In this document: piece by piece, positions 29,052 through 37,803 of the stretch
Layout of the letters: every line of letters starts with the position of its first letter
How positions within the stretch are numbered: position 1 is the first letter of the stretch
NCBI GenBank assembly: GCA_038064735.1
Contig: JBBTSI010000003.1
Coordinates: forward strand, 90,525 to 154,524
Length of the DNA stretch: 64,000 nt
Source: Patescibacteria group bacterium
GTDB lineage: Bacteria; Patescibacteriota; Minisyncoccia; Phycocordibacterales; WO2-35-19
Direction: 5' to 3'
Program-made: the position numbers and the translations under genes
The notes under the pieces: generated by a model
The model's database searches: none
The model's input: only the letters and a program-made list of their open reading frames with translations
What the model was told of the DNA's origin: nothing

Positions 29052-29066
29052 TTATAATTTGGGTTG

Positions 29067-29582
29067 ATGATTAAAATTAAAGAAATTATGAAATTAAAAA
29101 TCGCCATTGTTTGTTTGGTTTTTTTGATTTTGGTGGTGGGTTTGGTGCCGACTTTTAGGGTTGGGGTGATGGATTCTCTTTCGGCTATTTATGCAGCTGT
29201 CTTGGTTAATCTCACAAACCAAAATAGGGTAGCTGCAAATTTATCTGAACTTACAGTAAATCCTGTTCTTGAAAAAGCTGCTCAAATGAAAGCTGATGAT
29301 ATGGCTATCAAAGGTTACTTTGCGCACAACACTCCGGAAGGTCTTACTCCTTGGTATTGGTTTGGACAAGCTGGTTATGAGTACAAATACGCAGGTGAAA
29401 ATCTGGCTGTTAATTTTGAAAATAGTGAAGATGTAGAGACCGCTTGGATGAATTCCCGTGGCCATTTCTTAAATATTGTAAATCCAAAATACACCGAAAT
29501 TGGCATTGCTACCTCCACAGGCATCTACAAAGGCCGACAAGCTGTCTTCGTCGTCCAAATGTTTGGTACTCCTTTGAGATAA
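29067..29582 (+). CDS. CAP (SCP) domain protein
   Basis: TNQNR, AAQMKADDM, YFAH, AGENLA, WMNSRGH, YTEIGI. Confidence 0.93.
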   Translation: MIKIKEIMKLKIAIVCLVFLILVVGLVPTFRVGVMDSLSAIYAAVLVNLTNQNRVAANLSELTVNPVLEKAAQMKADDMAIKGYFAHNTPEGLTPWYWFGQAGYEYKYAGENLAVNFENSEDVETAWMNSRGHFLNIVNPKYTEIGIATSTGIYKGRQAVFVVQMFGTPLR

Positions 29583-30512
29583 TTATTTCATCCTTTGTAG
29601 CTCCATATAAATATCTTCAAGAGCTTTGATGGCATCGCCGACAGCGATATTGTTTTGATGATAAAGAATATCAGTACAATCTCCAGCTGCCCAAATACCT
29701 TCTACACTGCTTCGCTGAGTTTGGTGATCTATTTTAATACAACCATACTGGTCTATTTTTAATAAATCGCTAACAAAAGAAGTTGATGGAAGGTGGCCAA
29801 TTTCTACGAAAACACCATCAGTGTCAATTTCAACACAGTCTACGAAAGGTGCGGTTCTTTTATAAACAATAGACTTTACAAATTTATCTCCCTTTATTTC
29901 AACTGGTTCGGCATTTGATAGGGATTTCATTTTGGGGTTGGCCAAAACCTTTTCTATAGTTTTGGGATCGGCATTAAATTCGAATTGAGATATCAAGGTG
30001 ACACTTTTACAATAAGCCAAAAGTTGAGCAGCTGATTCAAACCCTGCGTTGCCACCACCAACTACTACCACATCTTTGTCTGCAAAAAATGGTCCATCAC
30101 AAGAAGCACAATAGGTGATACCTTTACCTTCAAATTCTTTAGCACCAGGGACATCTAGTTTTCTTCTAGAACTGCCAGTAGCCACTAATATCGTTTTCGT
30201 TTTATAAATATCTTTACTTGTGGTCACTAAAAAGCCGTCTTTTTCTATGTGTTCAACTTTGTTTACTCTTTCTCCTTCTTTTATTTCAACAAAACCATCA
30301 GCGTATTGTTTGACGTGCTCTTTCAAATTTTTGGCCAAATCCATACCTGATATAGCCGGAGTACCTATCCAATTTTGGATTTCATTTGATTCTACAGATT
30401 GACCACCAAAAGTATCGGCGATTAATAAAGTTTTAATTTGCTTTCTGGCTGCATAGACACCCGCCGCCGCTCCTGCCGGCCCACCACCAATAATTATTAA
30501 ATCATAGTTCAT
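29583..30512 (-). CDS. trxB: Thioredoxin reductase family FAD-dependent oxidoreductase
   Basis: IIGGGPAG, CASCDG, VVGGGNAG, AAGD. Confidence 0.88.
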   Translation of the reverse strand: MNYDLIIIGGGPAGAAAGVYAARKQIKTLLIADTFGGQSVESNEIQNWIGTPAISGMDLAKNLKEHVKQYADGFVEIKEGERVNKVEHIEKDGFLVTTSKDIYKTKTILVATGSSRRKLDVPGAKEFEGKGITYCASCDGPFFADKDVVVVGGGNAGFESAAQLLAYCKSVTLISQFEFNADPKTIEKVLANPKMKSLSNAEPVEIKGDKFVKSIVYKRTAPFVDCVEIDTDGVFVEIGHLPSTSFVSDLLKIDQYGCIKIDHQTQRSSVEGIWAAGDCTDILYHQNNIAVGDAIKALEDIYMELQRMK

Positions 30513-30547
30513 AAGAACATATTAACATAAAAACATTTTAGAAAAAA

Positions 30548-31711
30548 TTATTTAAGTTTGGAGCGTCTGAGGAAAGCTGGTACGGCGCCCCATTCATCAT
30601 CGTCATCTATAATATTTTGTTTTTTTTCTTCTGGTTCTTCTTCTCTTTCTTCTTCTCTTTTTTCATTTCTGAATACAGAATTAAAAATTTTGCCTTTACT
30701 TTCGTTTTCTTCTGCTAAAATCCTCTCTCCACCAAATAAACTTTTCTTCATATAGGTTTCCGGAAAACCTGAAGCAATGACGGTGATTTTGATTTCACCT
30801 TTTTTAAGTTTGTCATCTTTGACGGTTCCGAATATTATTTTGGCGTTAGGATCAACAGACTCAGTGATAAGTTTGGCAGCATCGTGTATTTCAAACATTG
30901 TAAGGTCATCACCACCAGCAATAGAGAAAAGTACTCCTTTGGCGCCGTTTATAGAAACATCGAGAAGTGGGGAATTAATAGCCATTTTGGCGGCTTCTTC
31001 AGCTCTTTTTTCACCTGAAGATCTGCCTATACCCATGAGGGCTCCACCAGCATTTTCCATAATGGCTCTGACGTCAGCAAAGTCAATATTGATGATACCA
31101 GGCATAGTGATGAGGTCTGAGATACCCTCAACAGCTGATTTCAAAATATCATCACAAATAGCAAAAGCACTTTTGGCTGAAGTTTCTTTATCAATAGTAG
31201 CAAGGAGTCTGTCGTTTGGAATAACAATGAGAGCGTCAACTGATTGACGAAGTTCTTCAAGGCCGGATTCAGCAATACGTGTCCTTTGTTGGCCTTCAAA
31301 AGAAAAAGGTTTGGTGACTACACCGACAGTGAGAGCTCCGAGTTCTTTGGCGGTACGAGCAATGACAGGACCAGCTCCGGTACCAGTACCACCTCCACCG
31401 CCATAAGCAATGAAGACCATATCGGCCCCTTTTAGAGATTCTTGAATTTCTTCTTTAGTTTCTTCTACAGCTCTTTTACCAAGCTCTGGGTTCATACCAG
31501 CGCCGAGTCCGTGAGTTAAGTTTTTTCCGATGTGGATTTTCTTTTTAGCTTCTGAGTGATGTAGGTCTTGAGCATCTGTATTGACGGCAATAAACTCAAC
31601 TCCTCTCACTTTGGAATTAATCATGTGGTTAACCGCATTTTTACCTGAACCACCAACTCCTATAACTTTTATTCTAGCAAATACTTCTATTTCTGGTTTT
31701 ATTTGAGGCAT
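30548..31711 (-). CDS. ftsZ: Cell division protein FtsZ
   Basis: GGGTGTG, INIDFADV, C-terminal VPAFLRR. Confidence 0.98.
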   Translation of the reverse strand: MPQIKPEIEVFARIKVIGVGGSGKNAVNHMINSKVRGVEFIAVNTDAQDLHHSEAKKKIHIGKNLTHGLGAGMNPELGKRAVEETKEEIQESLKGADMVFIAYGGGGGTGTGAGPVIARTAKELGALTVGVVTKPFSFEGQQRTRIAESGLEELRQSVDALIVIPNDRLLATIDKETSAKSAFAICDDILKSAVEGISDLITMPGIINIDFADVRAIMENAGGALMGIGRSSGEKRAEEAAKMAINSPLLDVSINGAKGVLFSIAGGDDLTMFEIHDAAKLITESVDPNAKIIFGTVKDDKLKKGEIKITVIASGFPETYMKKSLFGGERILAEENESKGKIFNSVFRNEKREEEREEEPEEKKQNIIDDDDEWGAVPAFLRRSKLK

Positions 31712-31789
31712 ACGACTATACTAGCAAAGAAGTTTTAAAATTACAAAACTTGTCAAAATCTATATATATGTTTTAAAATTAGGCAAGAA

Positions 31790-32962
31790 TTAAGGTAAAA
31801 AACGTTTCAAAATCTGAAATGATTTTTTGAACAAATTTGAACCATAAGTTTTTAGACCTAATCTTTCTTCTTCATCTGGAAGGTTGCCCATGATGCATAA
31901 ACCGTAAGCTACTGACCAAGAGGAATCTTTCATTTGAAATTTTTCGTTGCCGGTGTTTATGGAAGCGATACGTGAAGGCAAACGCAAAAAACTACGTGCC
32001 AAATCTTCAATGATACCGATAGATGATGAACCACCAGTAATGATAATGCCAGCAGGCAAGACTCCGGATTTGCCGATTTTTTTCAGATGAGCTTCAATAA
32101 GTTCAAAAATATCTCCGAGTCGCGCAGAAACTATTTCTTCCAATTTTTTTCTTGAATAACTAGTAGAGGTAACGCCTCCGAGTTTGATAGCTTCAGCTTC
32201 TTCCAAAGAAACTTTGAGTCCTAAAGCGATGTCGTTGGTGATGTCTGATCCGCCGATAGGGAAGACTTCAAGAGATATTGGTATATTATCTTCAAATACG
32301 ACGATAGATACTGTTTCGGCACCGATGTTGGCTAATACACAGCCGGCAATTTTTTGACTTTTGGAAAGAGTGACGAAACTTGCTGCAATGGGTGAGGCTA
32401 CTACATCTATAACTTCAACTCCGGTTTTTTCTACCGCTAATACCAAATCATCTAAATGGGGTTCAATACAACTTACGAAAAGGGCTTTGGTTTCAAGCTT
32501 AACACCCTTCATACCGAGGACCCTGCCCATAACTTGTTTACCGTCTATTTTCCATCCAGTGGGAATTGTATAAATTATTTTTCTATTTTGCAGAACTGTA
32601 TTTGGTATGGATTCTTCAGCGACAGAAAGGGCTTGTTCTACATCGTTTTCGGTCACTTCTTGATCGGCTCGACTGATGATAGTTGAGCCTTGAGAATTAA
32701 TGCCGGAAAGACCGACACCGCCTATAGAAATGAAAACTCTTTTTATTTTAGTGCCTGAAGATTTTTCAGCTTGTGCCAAAGCTACGTTTACACTTTTGGT
32801 AACATCTGAAGTGTTTATTATATATCCATGCCTGAGACCTTTTGATTCAGCTCTGCCTGTACCAAGTATCGTCGGCAAAGAACTCTCTTCATTTTGTTGA
32901 GTAACAATAACTCTAACTTCGTAAGTTCCTACGTCTATACCTGCTGTGATACCTCTGCTCAT
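31790..32962 (-). CDS. ftsA: Cell division protein FtsA
   Basis: GIDVGT, NIGAETVS, GGSDITNDIA, IITGGS; adjacent to ftsZ. Confidence 0.95.
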   Translation of the reverse strand: MSRGITAGIDVGTYEVRVIVTQQNEESSLPTILGTGRAESKGLRHGYIINTSDVTKSVNVALAQAEKSSGTKIKRVFISIGGVGLSGINSQGSTIISRADQEVTENDVEQALSVAEESIPNTVLQNRKIIYTIPTGWKIDGKQVMGRVLGMKGVKLETKALFVSCIEPHLDDLVLAVEKTGVEVIDVVASPIAASFVTLSKSQKIAGCVLANIGAETVSIVVFEDNIPISLEVFPIGGSDITNDIALGLKVSLEEAEAIKLGGVTSTSYSRKKLEEIVSARLGDIFELIEAHLKKIGKSGVLPAGIIITGGSSSIGIIEDLARSFLRLPSRIASINTGNEKFQMKDSSWSVAYGLCIMGNLPDEEERLGLKTYGSNLFKKSFQILKRFLP

Positions 32963-33293
32963 ATCTTTTCATTTTATCACTATGATCTAAGCCTTTCAAA
33001 TGAAGTAGTGCGTGGATAACTAAAAACAAGAGATAATCCTCAAAAGTCATGTCAAATTTTGGAGCTTTTATTTTTGCTATCGCTTTGCAGATTAAAATTT
33101 CGCCACTATTTTTTTCAAGTTGAAAAGAAAGTACGTCAGTGGGTTCATTTATCTTTCTATAATTTTTATTTAATTCTTTTATTTTATTTTTACTTATAAA
33201 AGCAAAAGAAAGCTCGTATGGCTTTCCTAAAATTTCATTTTTTACTTTGTCCGTCGTAGCTTTAGCGAAAGCTGGATTTCTCATGTCCACCAT
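32913..33293 (-). CDS. ybeY: rRNA maturation endoribonuclease YbeY
   Basis: LNKNYR, PTDVLSF, HALLHLKGLDH. Confidence 0.92.
   Translation of the reverse strand: MVDMRNPAFAKATTDKVKNEILGKPYELSFAFISKNKIKELNKNYRKINEPTDVLSFQLEKNSGEILICKAIAKIKAPKFDMTFEDYLLFLVIHALLHLKGLDHSDKMKRYEQRYHSRYRRRNLRS
33245..33275 (-). repeat. Coding palindromic repeat at the ybeY N-terminus
   Basis: Minus strand CCAGCTTTCGCTAAAGCTACGACGGACAAAG, encoding PAFAKATTDK. Confidence 0.75.
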
Positions 33294-33530
33294 TTACTCT
33301 AAAGTACCGGGCATTTTGCCCATTTTTATAAGTTCACGAATCCTGTTTCTCTCTGAGATTCTTTTGAGAGTTTTTTTCTTTTTGACGTATTCGGAAGGTT
33401 TCCTGACGCTGTATCTTCGGCCACGGAGGCGTGACAAAATACCCGAGCCTTGCACTCTTTTGGTAAATTTCCTTATGAGGCCAAGATTGTTATCATTGCC
33501 GTTTTTGGTTATTTCTACGTTTATTGCCAT
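33294..33530 (-). CDS. rpsU: 30S ribosomal protein bS21
   Basis: LIRKFTKRVQGSGIL...RYSVRKPS; basic; start set at MAINV. Confidence 0.8.
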   Translation of the reverse strand: MAINVEITKNGNDNNLGLIRKFTKRVQGSGILSRLRGRRYSVRKPSEYVKKKKTLKRISERNRIRELIKMGKMPGTLE

Positions 33531-33668
33531 GTCGAACATATTATCACACCTATTTATTTTATGCAAAACTTTAATATTGTTATTTTATAAGGATATTGTA
33601 TTATCATCTTGGAATTAAAAGTTATTTATAGTTGCTTTGACAAACCTACACATCCGAGGAAATGAACC

Positions 33669-34205
33669 ATGAAAACAGAATTGTTGAGGTTCTTTTTTTC
33701 TTTTCCCTTTGTCACTATGGAGTCGGCCGGGGAAATGAGACACACAGCTTACTTGGCCACTTTTTTGGGGGTGGTCCTTCCTATATTTTTGATCTTGACT
33801 GTAAGCATGATCAATCAAGAACGAAAAGTGGGAACACGAAAACTCATGGTCTTTTTTGGATCAATATTCGTGAGCTTTGTATCGTCTGTGTTATTCGTTG
33901 TGGGTATAGAAACTTCCGGTGCGCATTTCGTCATGCTGTTAATATCTATACTCGCACTTGCGGTAACCAGCCAGATGGCGACCAAATCTCCTCTATCTGC
34001 GATTTTTGGAGCAATGGTAGGAGGGTTTGTTTTTTTGGTTTTCGGGGTACTGACAGAAAGTAGTAATTCAATACCATGGGGACTGACACTGCTGTTCCTT
34101 CTGGCAGAAGTGGTGTGTTTTATTTTGGCAAAAAACATCAATGCTCCAATAAAAGAAAAGCAGTCAAAAAATGATCATGTGAAGGTTAATACCTTTGGGA
34201 TATAG
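33669..34205 (+). CDS. Orphan polytopic membrane protein
   Basis: About five TM segments, GAGG SD, downstream hairpin plus T-run. Confidence 0.7.
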   Translation: MKTELLRFFFSFPFVTMESAGEMRHTAYLATFLGVVLPIFLILTVSMINQERKVGTRKLMVFFGSIFVSFVSSVLFVVGIETSGAHFVMLLISILALAVTSQMATKSPLSAIFGAMVGGFVFLVFGVLTESSNSIPWGLTLLFLLAEVVCFILAKNINAPIKEKQSKNDHVKVNTFGI

Positions 34206-34275
34206 TGGAATAAGTCAAAAAAACTATTTTGGGTGTGAGGATTAATTTTCTCACACCCTTTTTGTTTATCTGATT

Positions 34276-35439
34276 TTACAAACTTTTGATTATTTCTTTC
34301 ACACGAACAGCGAGGTTTGGGATGGAAACGGTTTCTTGGGCGTGAGTGGTGTTATTGCGGATAATGACGCAATTGTCTAGTGCTTCTTTTTGGCCGATGA
34401 GGATTATGTATGGGACGCCGGAATTTTCGGCTGTGTTTATTTGACTACCGAGTTTATCTTTGGTTATGGAGTGGAGGACCGAGGCGCCGGCTTTGTTGAG
34501 TTCTTCTAATACTATAAAACTTTTTAATTTGGCTTCCGGGCTGAATTGAATTAAATAAAACTGGGGTTTGATTTGTTTGGCCTTTACTTTTTTGAATGGT
34601 TTTTTTAGATGAGCGGAAATGTTTAAAATACAGCAAGATAAATCTTTTTTGTGGCCGATTTTTTTAGCTAATTTATTGAAGCAAAAACCGTGAGCCAATT
34701 CTTTTTCTTCACCCACATCTTTTATAGAAAAAATAGTTTCAGAACCAATATCTATATCACCAACGAGATGATTGTTTATTTGATAAGGAATATTCATTAT
34801 TTCCAAAAATTCTAAAACTTCTTTGAAATGCAGACGGCTAGCTTCTGAAAGGAAGTCTATAGATTTTGGGCATTCATCTTGAAAGTTTTGCCACTCGCAT
34901 TTATTTTCTTTCAGTACTGCACACAAATCTTTTTTGCTGGCTTGTCTCAAATCTGCCGGGAAGACATTGAAATTTTTCCTGACGAAAACTGTCAACTTTT
35001 TTTGGAAATCACTGATGGAATCTTTGTCTCCAATAGAATTTATTTGCACCTCGATATTTTTATGACCGATTTCGTTTAGGATGGCTATACCCGCTTGGAT
35101 AGAAAGACATTCGCAAACACTTTTCCCCGAGCCGAGAGAGATAAGCGAACCTTCCAATCGGAGAGTTTTTTTCTTTTCTTTGGATTTAGGGAAAGGTCTC
35201 TCACAATAAAACATGCTGGGCTGAGATTGTGACATTATTTTTTCTTCAAAATACATGCGCAAAATAGCCGCTTTTTCTTCCGGGTGGCTACTTTCTTCAA
35301 AATCTTTGACTGCATCAAAATCTTGCTTTTCTATTGATGGAGGCAAGATGGATTTGAAGCCATAAAATCTGGCGATTTTGTTAACATCACTTACTTCCTT
35401 AACTTCTCTATCTGGAGGGATTGATTTTTGATCTGTCAT
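34276..35439 (-). CDS. Degenerate HisRS-like protein retaining the anticodon-binding domain
   Basis: FYGFKSI, QINSIGD, HFKEVLEFL, C-terminal LGSQI...IILIGQKEALDNCVIIRN; catalytic motifs eroded. Confidence 0.75.
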   Translation of the reverse strand: MTDQKSIPPDREVKEVSDVNKIARFYGFKSILPPSIEKQDFDAVKDFEESSHPEEKAAILRMYFEEKIMSQSQPSMFYCERPFPKSKEKKKTLRLEGSLISLGSGKSVCECLSIQAGIAILNEIGHKNIEVQINSIGDKDSISDFQKKLTVFVRKNFNVFPADLRQASKKDLCAVLKENKCEWQNFQDECPKSIDFLSEASRLHFKEVLEFLEIMNIPYQINNHLVGDIDIGSETIFSIKDVGEEKELAHGFCFNKLAKKIGHKKDLSCCILNISAHLKKPFKKVKAKQIKPQFYLIQFSPEAKLKSFIVLEELNKAGASVLHSITKDKLGSQINTAENSGVPYIILIGQKEALDNCVIIRNNTTHAQETVSIPNLAVRVKEIIKSL

Positions 35440-35459
35440 GCTGGCAAATTTATTCTAAT

Positions 35460-36071
35460 CTAATAAGAGACTTCCGCCTGTGTGGCTTGTCCAGGTTGCA
35501 AACCTATCTTGTTTAAAGGAAGAAGTCGCAATACTGGTACACCGACAATATATTTTTTAGGCACAGGTCCCCATATTCTGGAATCAGAACTGCCGGCTCT
35601 GTTGTCTCCCATTACAAAATATTCATCAAAACTAAGCCTTTTAGAGAAATTTTCATTTTTACCATAAACAACATAAGATCCGTTCAATTTAATTCCTTCT
35701 TTGTTGTCATCATTATAAACAGTGACCACACCGTTATTTATTTCAACTCTTTCTCTTGGAAAAGCGATAAGTCTTTTAATGAAAAATTTTGATGGATCTT
35801 TTGGATATCTTATAATAACAACAGATTCACGCGCCGGGTCATGAAATCTCTCGGAGAGTTGGTCAACGATGAGATAGTCACCATTTTTAAAGGTTGGATC
35901 CATAGAAGAGCCTTCTACTATATAAGGTTGGGCTATAAAAATACGGAATGGTATTACTATGATAAGAGCAATAAAGGCATATCTTATTAATTCCCAAAAA
36001 GCCGAGCCTTTTTTCTCAGCCGGCTTGTCCTCTAAGGGTTTGTTCGATATAGTTTGATTGTTTTCTTCCAT
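35460..36071 (-). CDS. lepB: Signal peptidase I
   Basis: GSSMDPT, FIKRLI, YFVMGDNRAGSSDSR. Confidence 0.95.
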   Translation of the reverse strand: MEENNQTISNKPLEDKPAEKKGSAFWELIRYAFIALIIVIPFRIFIAQPYIVEGSSMDPTFKNGDYLIVDQLSERFHDPARESVVIIRYPKDPSKFFIKRLIAFPRERVEINNGVVTVYNDDNKEGIKLNGSYVVYGKNENFSKRLSFDEYFVMGDNRAGSSDSRIWGPVPKKYIVGVPVLRLLPLNKIGLQPGQATQAEVSY

Positions 36072-36115
36072 AATTTAAGTCATTATATTACATATAGTAA
36101 TTAATTCAAAATTTT

Positions 36116-36673
36116 ATGTTTTATATCATAGGTTTAGGTAATCCGGGGGATGAATATGTAGGGACACGTCACAACACTGGACGTATGGCAGTTGATTTTT
36201 TTGAAAAGAAAAATGAGATATCGCCAAAAAAACTATCAATTATTCATTCAAATGAATTTATGAATAATTCGGGCAAAGCTGTTTCCAAAATAATAAAAAG
36301 CAAAAAAGCTGCGGAAAATTTGATTGTAGTTCATGATGATATTGATTTGCCAATCGGGACAATGAAAATCTCTTTCAATAAAGGCACTGGCGGGCACAGA
36401 GGACTTGATTCGATAGTTAAAGTTGTGAAAACTAAAGAGTTCGTGAGGATAAGGATTGGGGTTTCGCCATCAAACAGCAAAGGTGTAGTTAAAAAACCAA
36501 ACAAAAATTTGACACCAAAAGCTGGTGAAAAAGCCATTATTGATTTCATCCTCAATAAATTCAAACCGGCTGAAATGGAAATTATGAAAAAGAATTTTAA
36601 AAAAATAAGCGAAGCTATCCAAACTCTCGTGAGCGATGGCCGTGATAGAGCAATGAATACTTTTAATTCGTAA
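36116..36673 (+). CDS. pth: Peptidyl-tRNA hydrolase
   Basis: GLGNPG, TRHNTG, FMNNSG, HDDID, GGHRG. Confidence 0.95.
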   Translation: MFYIIGLGNPGDEYVGTRHNTGRMAVDFFEKKNEISPKKLSIIHSNEFMNNSGKAVSKIIKSKKAAENLIVVHDDIDLPIGTMKISFNKGTGGHRGLDSIVKVVKTKEFVRIRIGVSPSNSKGVVKKPNKNLTPKAGEKAIIDFILNKFKPAEMEIMKKNFKKISEAIQTLVSDGRDRAMNTFNS

Positions 36674-36753
36674 CGACCCCACCCCACTTTCCTTGCGGAA
36701 AGTTTCCCTCACCTTGCGAAGGTGAGGGAAGGGATTAGGAAAAATAAAATAAA

Positions 36754-37110
36754 ATGTCTAAACTCGTTCATAACAATCAAATATTAGAAGAACGAAGAAG
36801 GGAATTAAGAAAAAACCAAACTAAAACAGAAGAAATATTGTGGTGGTATTTGAGAGGCCAAAAGCTAGGAGTGAAATTCAAAAGGCAACATAGTATTGGA
36901 GGTTATATTTTGGATTTTTATTGTCCTGAAAAGAAATTAATCATTGAACTTGATGGAGAAGTCCATAATACAAAAGAAGCTAGAGAATATGACGAGGTGA
37001 GGGATAAATATTTCAGAGAACTTGATTATAAAATTTTGAGATTTGAGAATAGGGAAGTTGAGAATGATATTGAAAAAGTTTTAGAGAAAATTGAAAAAGA
37101 GACTTGTTAG
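36754..37110 (+). CDS. DUF559 (Vsr-like) endonuclease
   Basis: LRKNQTKTEEILW, KFKRQH, YILDFYC, IELDGEVH, ILRFEN. Confidence 0.93.
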   Translation: MSKLVHNNQILEERRRELRKNQTKTEEILWWYLRGQKLGVKFKRQHSIGGYILDFYCPEKKLIIELDGEVHNTKEAREYDEVRDKYFRELDYKILRFENREVENDIEKVLEKIEKETC

Positions 37111-37136
37111 AGTCTCTTTTTACTGAATAATACTGT

Positions 37137-37298
37137 TTATAACAAAAAATAACCCGCTAAAACACCAGTCAAAAGTGCCGGTGTGTCGTAAACATACAGT
37201 CTCCATCCCGTAGGATTAATACCTGTTAAGCATCTGGAGATTATATTCAAAACAACATAAAACACAACAATAATAACTAATACTATTAGTTTATGCAT
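37137..37298 (-). CDS. 53-aa membrane protein absent from the ORF track
   Basis: MHKLIVLVIIVVFYVVLNIISRCLTGINPTGWRLYVYDTPALLTGVLAGYFLL*; GGAGG SD; TTGCAA-16-TATTAT promoter. Confidence 0.7.
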   Translation of the reverse strand: MHKLIVLVIIVVFYVVLNIISRCLTGINPTGWRLYVYDTPALLTGVLAGYFLL

Positions 37299-37465
37299 TT
37301 TTATTCCTCCAAGTTGAATAAATCTGTTTTATATAATAACACTTTAAGTAAAAATTGCAAATCTGGATTTATTCCTAGCCCCTCACCTTCGCAAGGTGAG
37401 GGGCAGCTTGCCTACGGCAAGCGGGGTGGGGTCGTTTATTATATTAATTTTGCTATAATTAAATC

Positions 37466-37768
37466 ATGCAAAAAATAAATAAAATTTTAATTATTTTATT
37501 TTTGGTCCTAGGTGTTTTGACTTTGTATATGGGTCTCTCTGTTGATTTGAAATGTTCGGAAGCAACATTTAGAGACAATCTGGTAGCCGGTCTGCCACTT
37601 TGGGTATTCGGTATTTATTGTCTTTTTACATCTTTATTTTTGTGGAAAAAGCCCTTGATTGGAAAAGTTTTGGCTGTTATTACTTTTGTCATCGCTACGG
37701 TTTTATTTTTGGCATCAGTTTTTGATTTGTCTATTCCAATCATCAAAACTTCTTGTACCAATCTTTAG
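37466..37768 (+). CDS. Hypothetical three-TM membrane protein
   Basis: Hydrophobic ORF with TGCTATAAT six nt before the ATG. Confidence 0.65.
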   Translation: MQKINKILIILFLVLGVLTLYMGLSVDLKCSEATFRDNLVAGLPLWVFGIYCLFTSLFLWKKPLIGKVLAVITFVIATVLFLASVFDLSIPIIKTSCTNL

Positions 37769-37803
37769 TAGCGAGTAAAGTATTTATTTTTTACTTATTC
37801 CGA

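Larger units (their letters stand above)
36672..37436. mobile_element. Inverted-repeat-bounded unit carrying a DUF559 nuclease and a small membrane protein
   Basis: 36672-36740 and 37373-37436 are imperfect inverted copies sharing AACGACCCCACCCC and CCCTCACCTTGCGAAGGTGAGGG. Confidence 0.7.

Noticed and set aside
24566-29582. Prophage or integrative element at tRNA-Ser/tRNA-Val
   Set aside because: No integrase, phage genes or duplicated tRNA 3' end found
29836-29862. Odd RTAPFVDC segment in trxB, plus short extra segments in pth (~36499-36530) and DUF192 (~39784-39825), as possible repeat insertions
   Set aside because: Single short weak palindromes with no second copy in the window
33662-34063. 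133-aa ORF overlapping 33669..34205
   Set aside because: Alternate frame; the 178-aa frame gives a coherent membrane protein with better SD spacing
37293-37478. 61-aa ORF containing PSPSPSQGEGQ
   Set aside because: Translation of the right inverted repeat and a promoter, not a real gene
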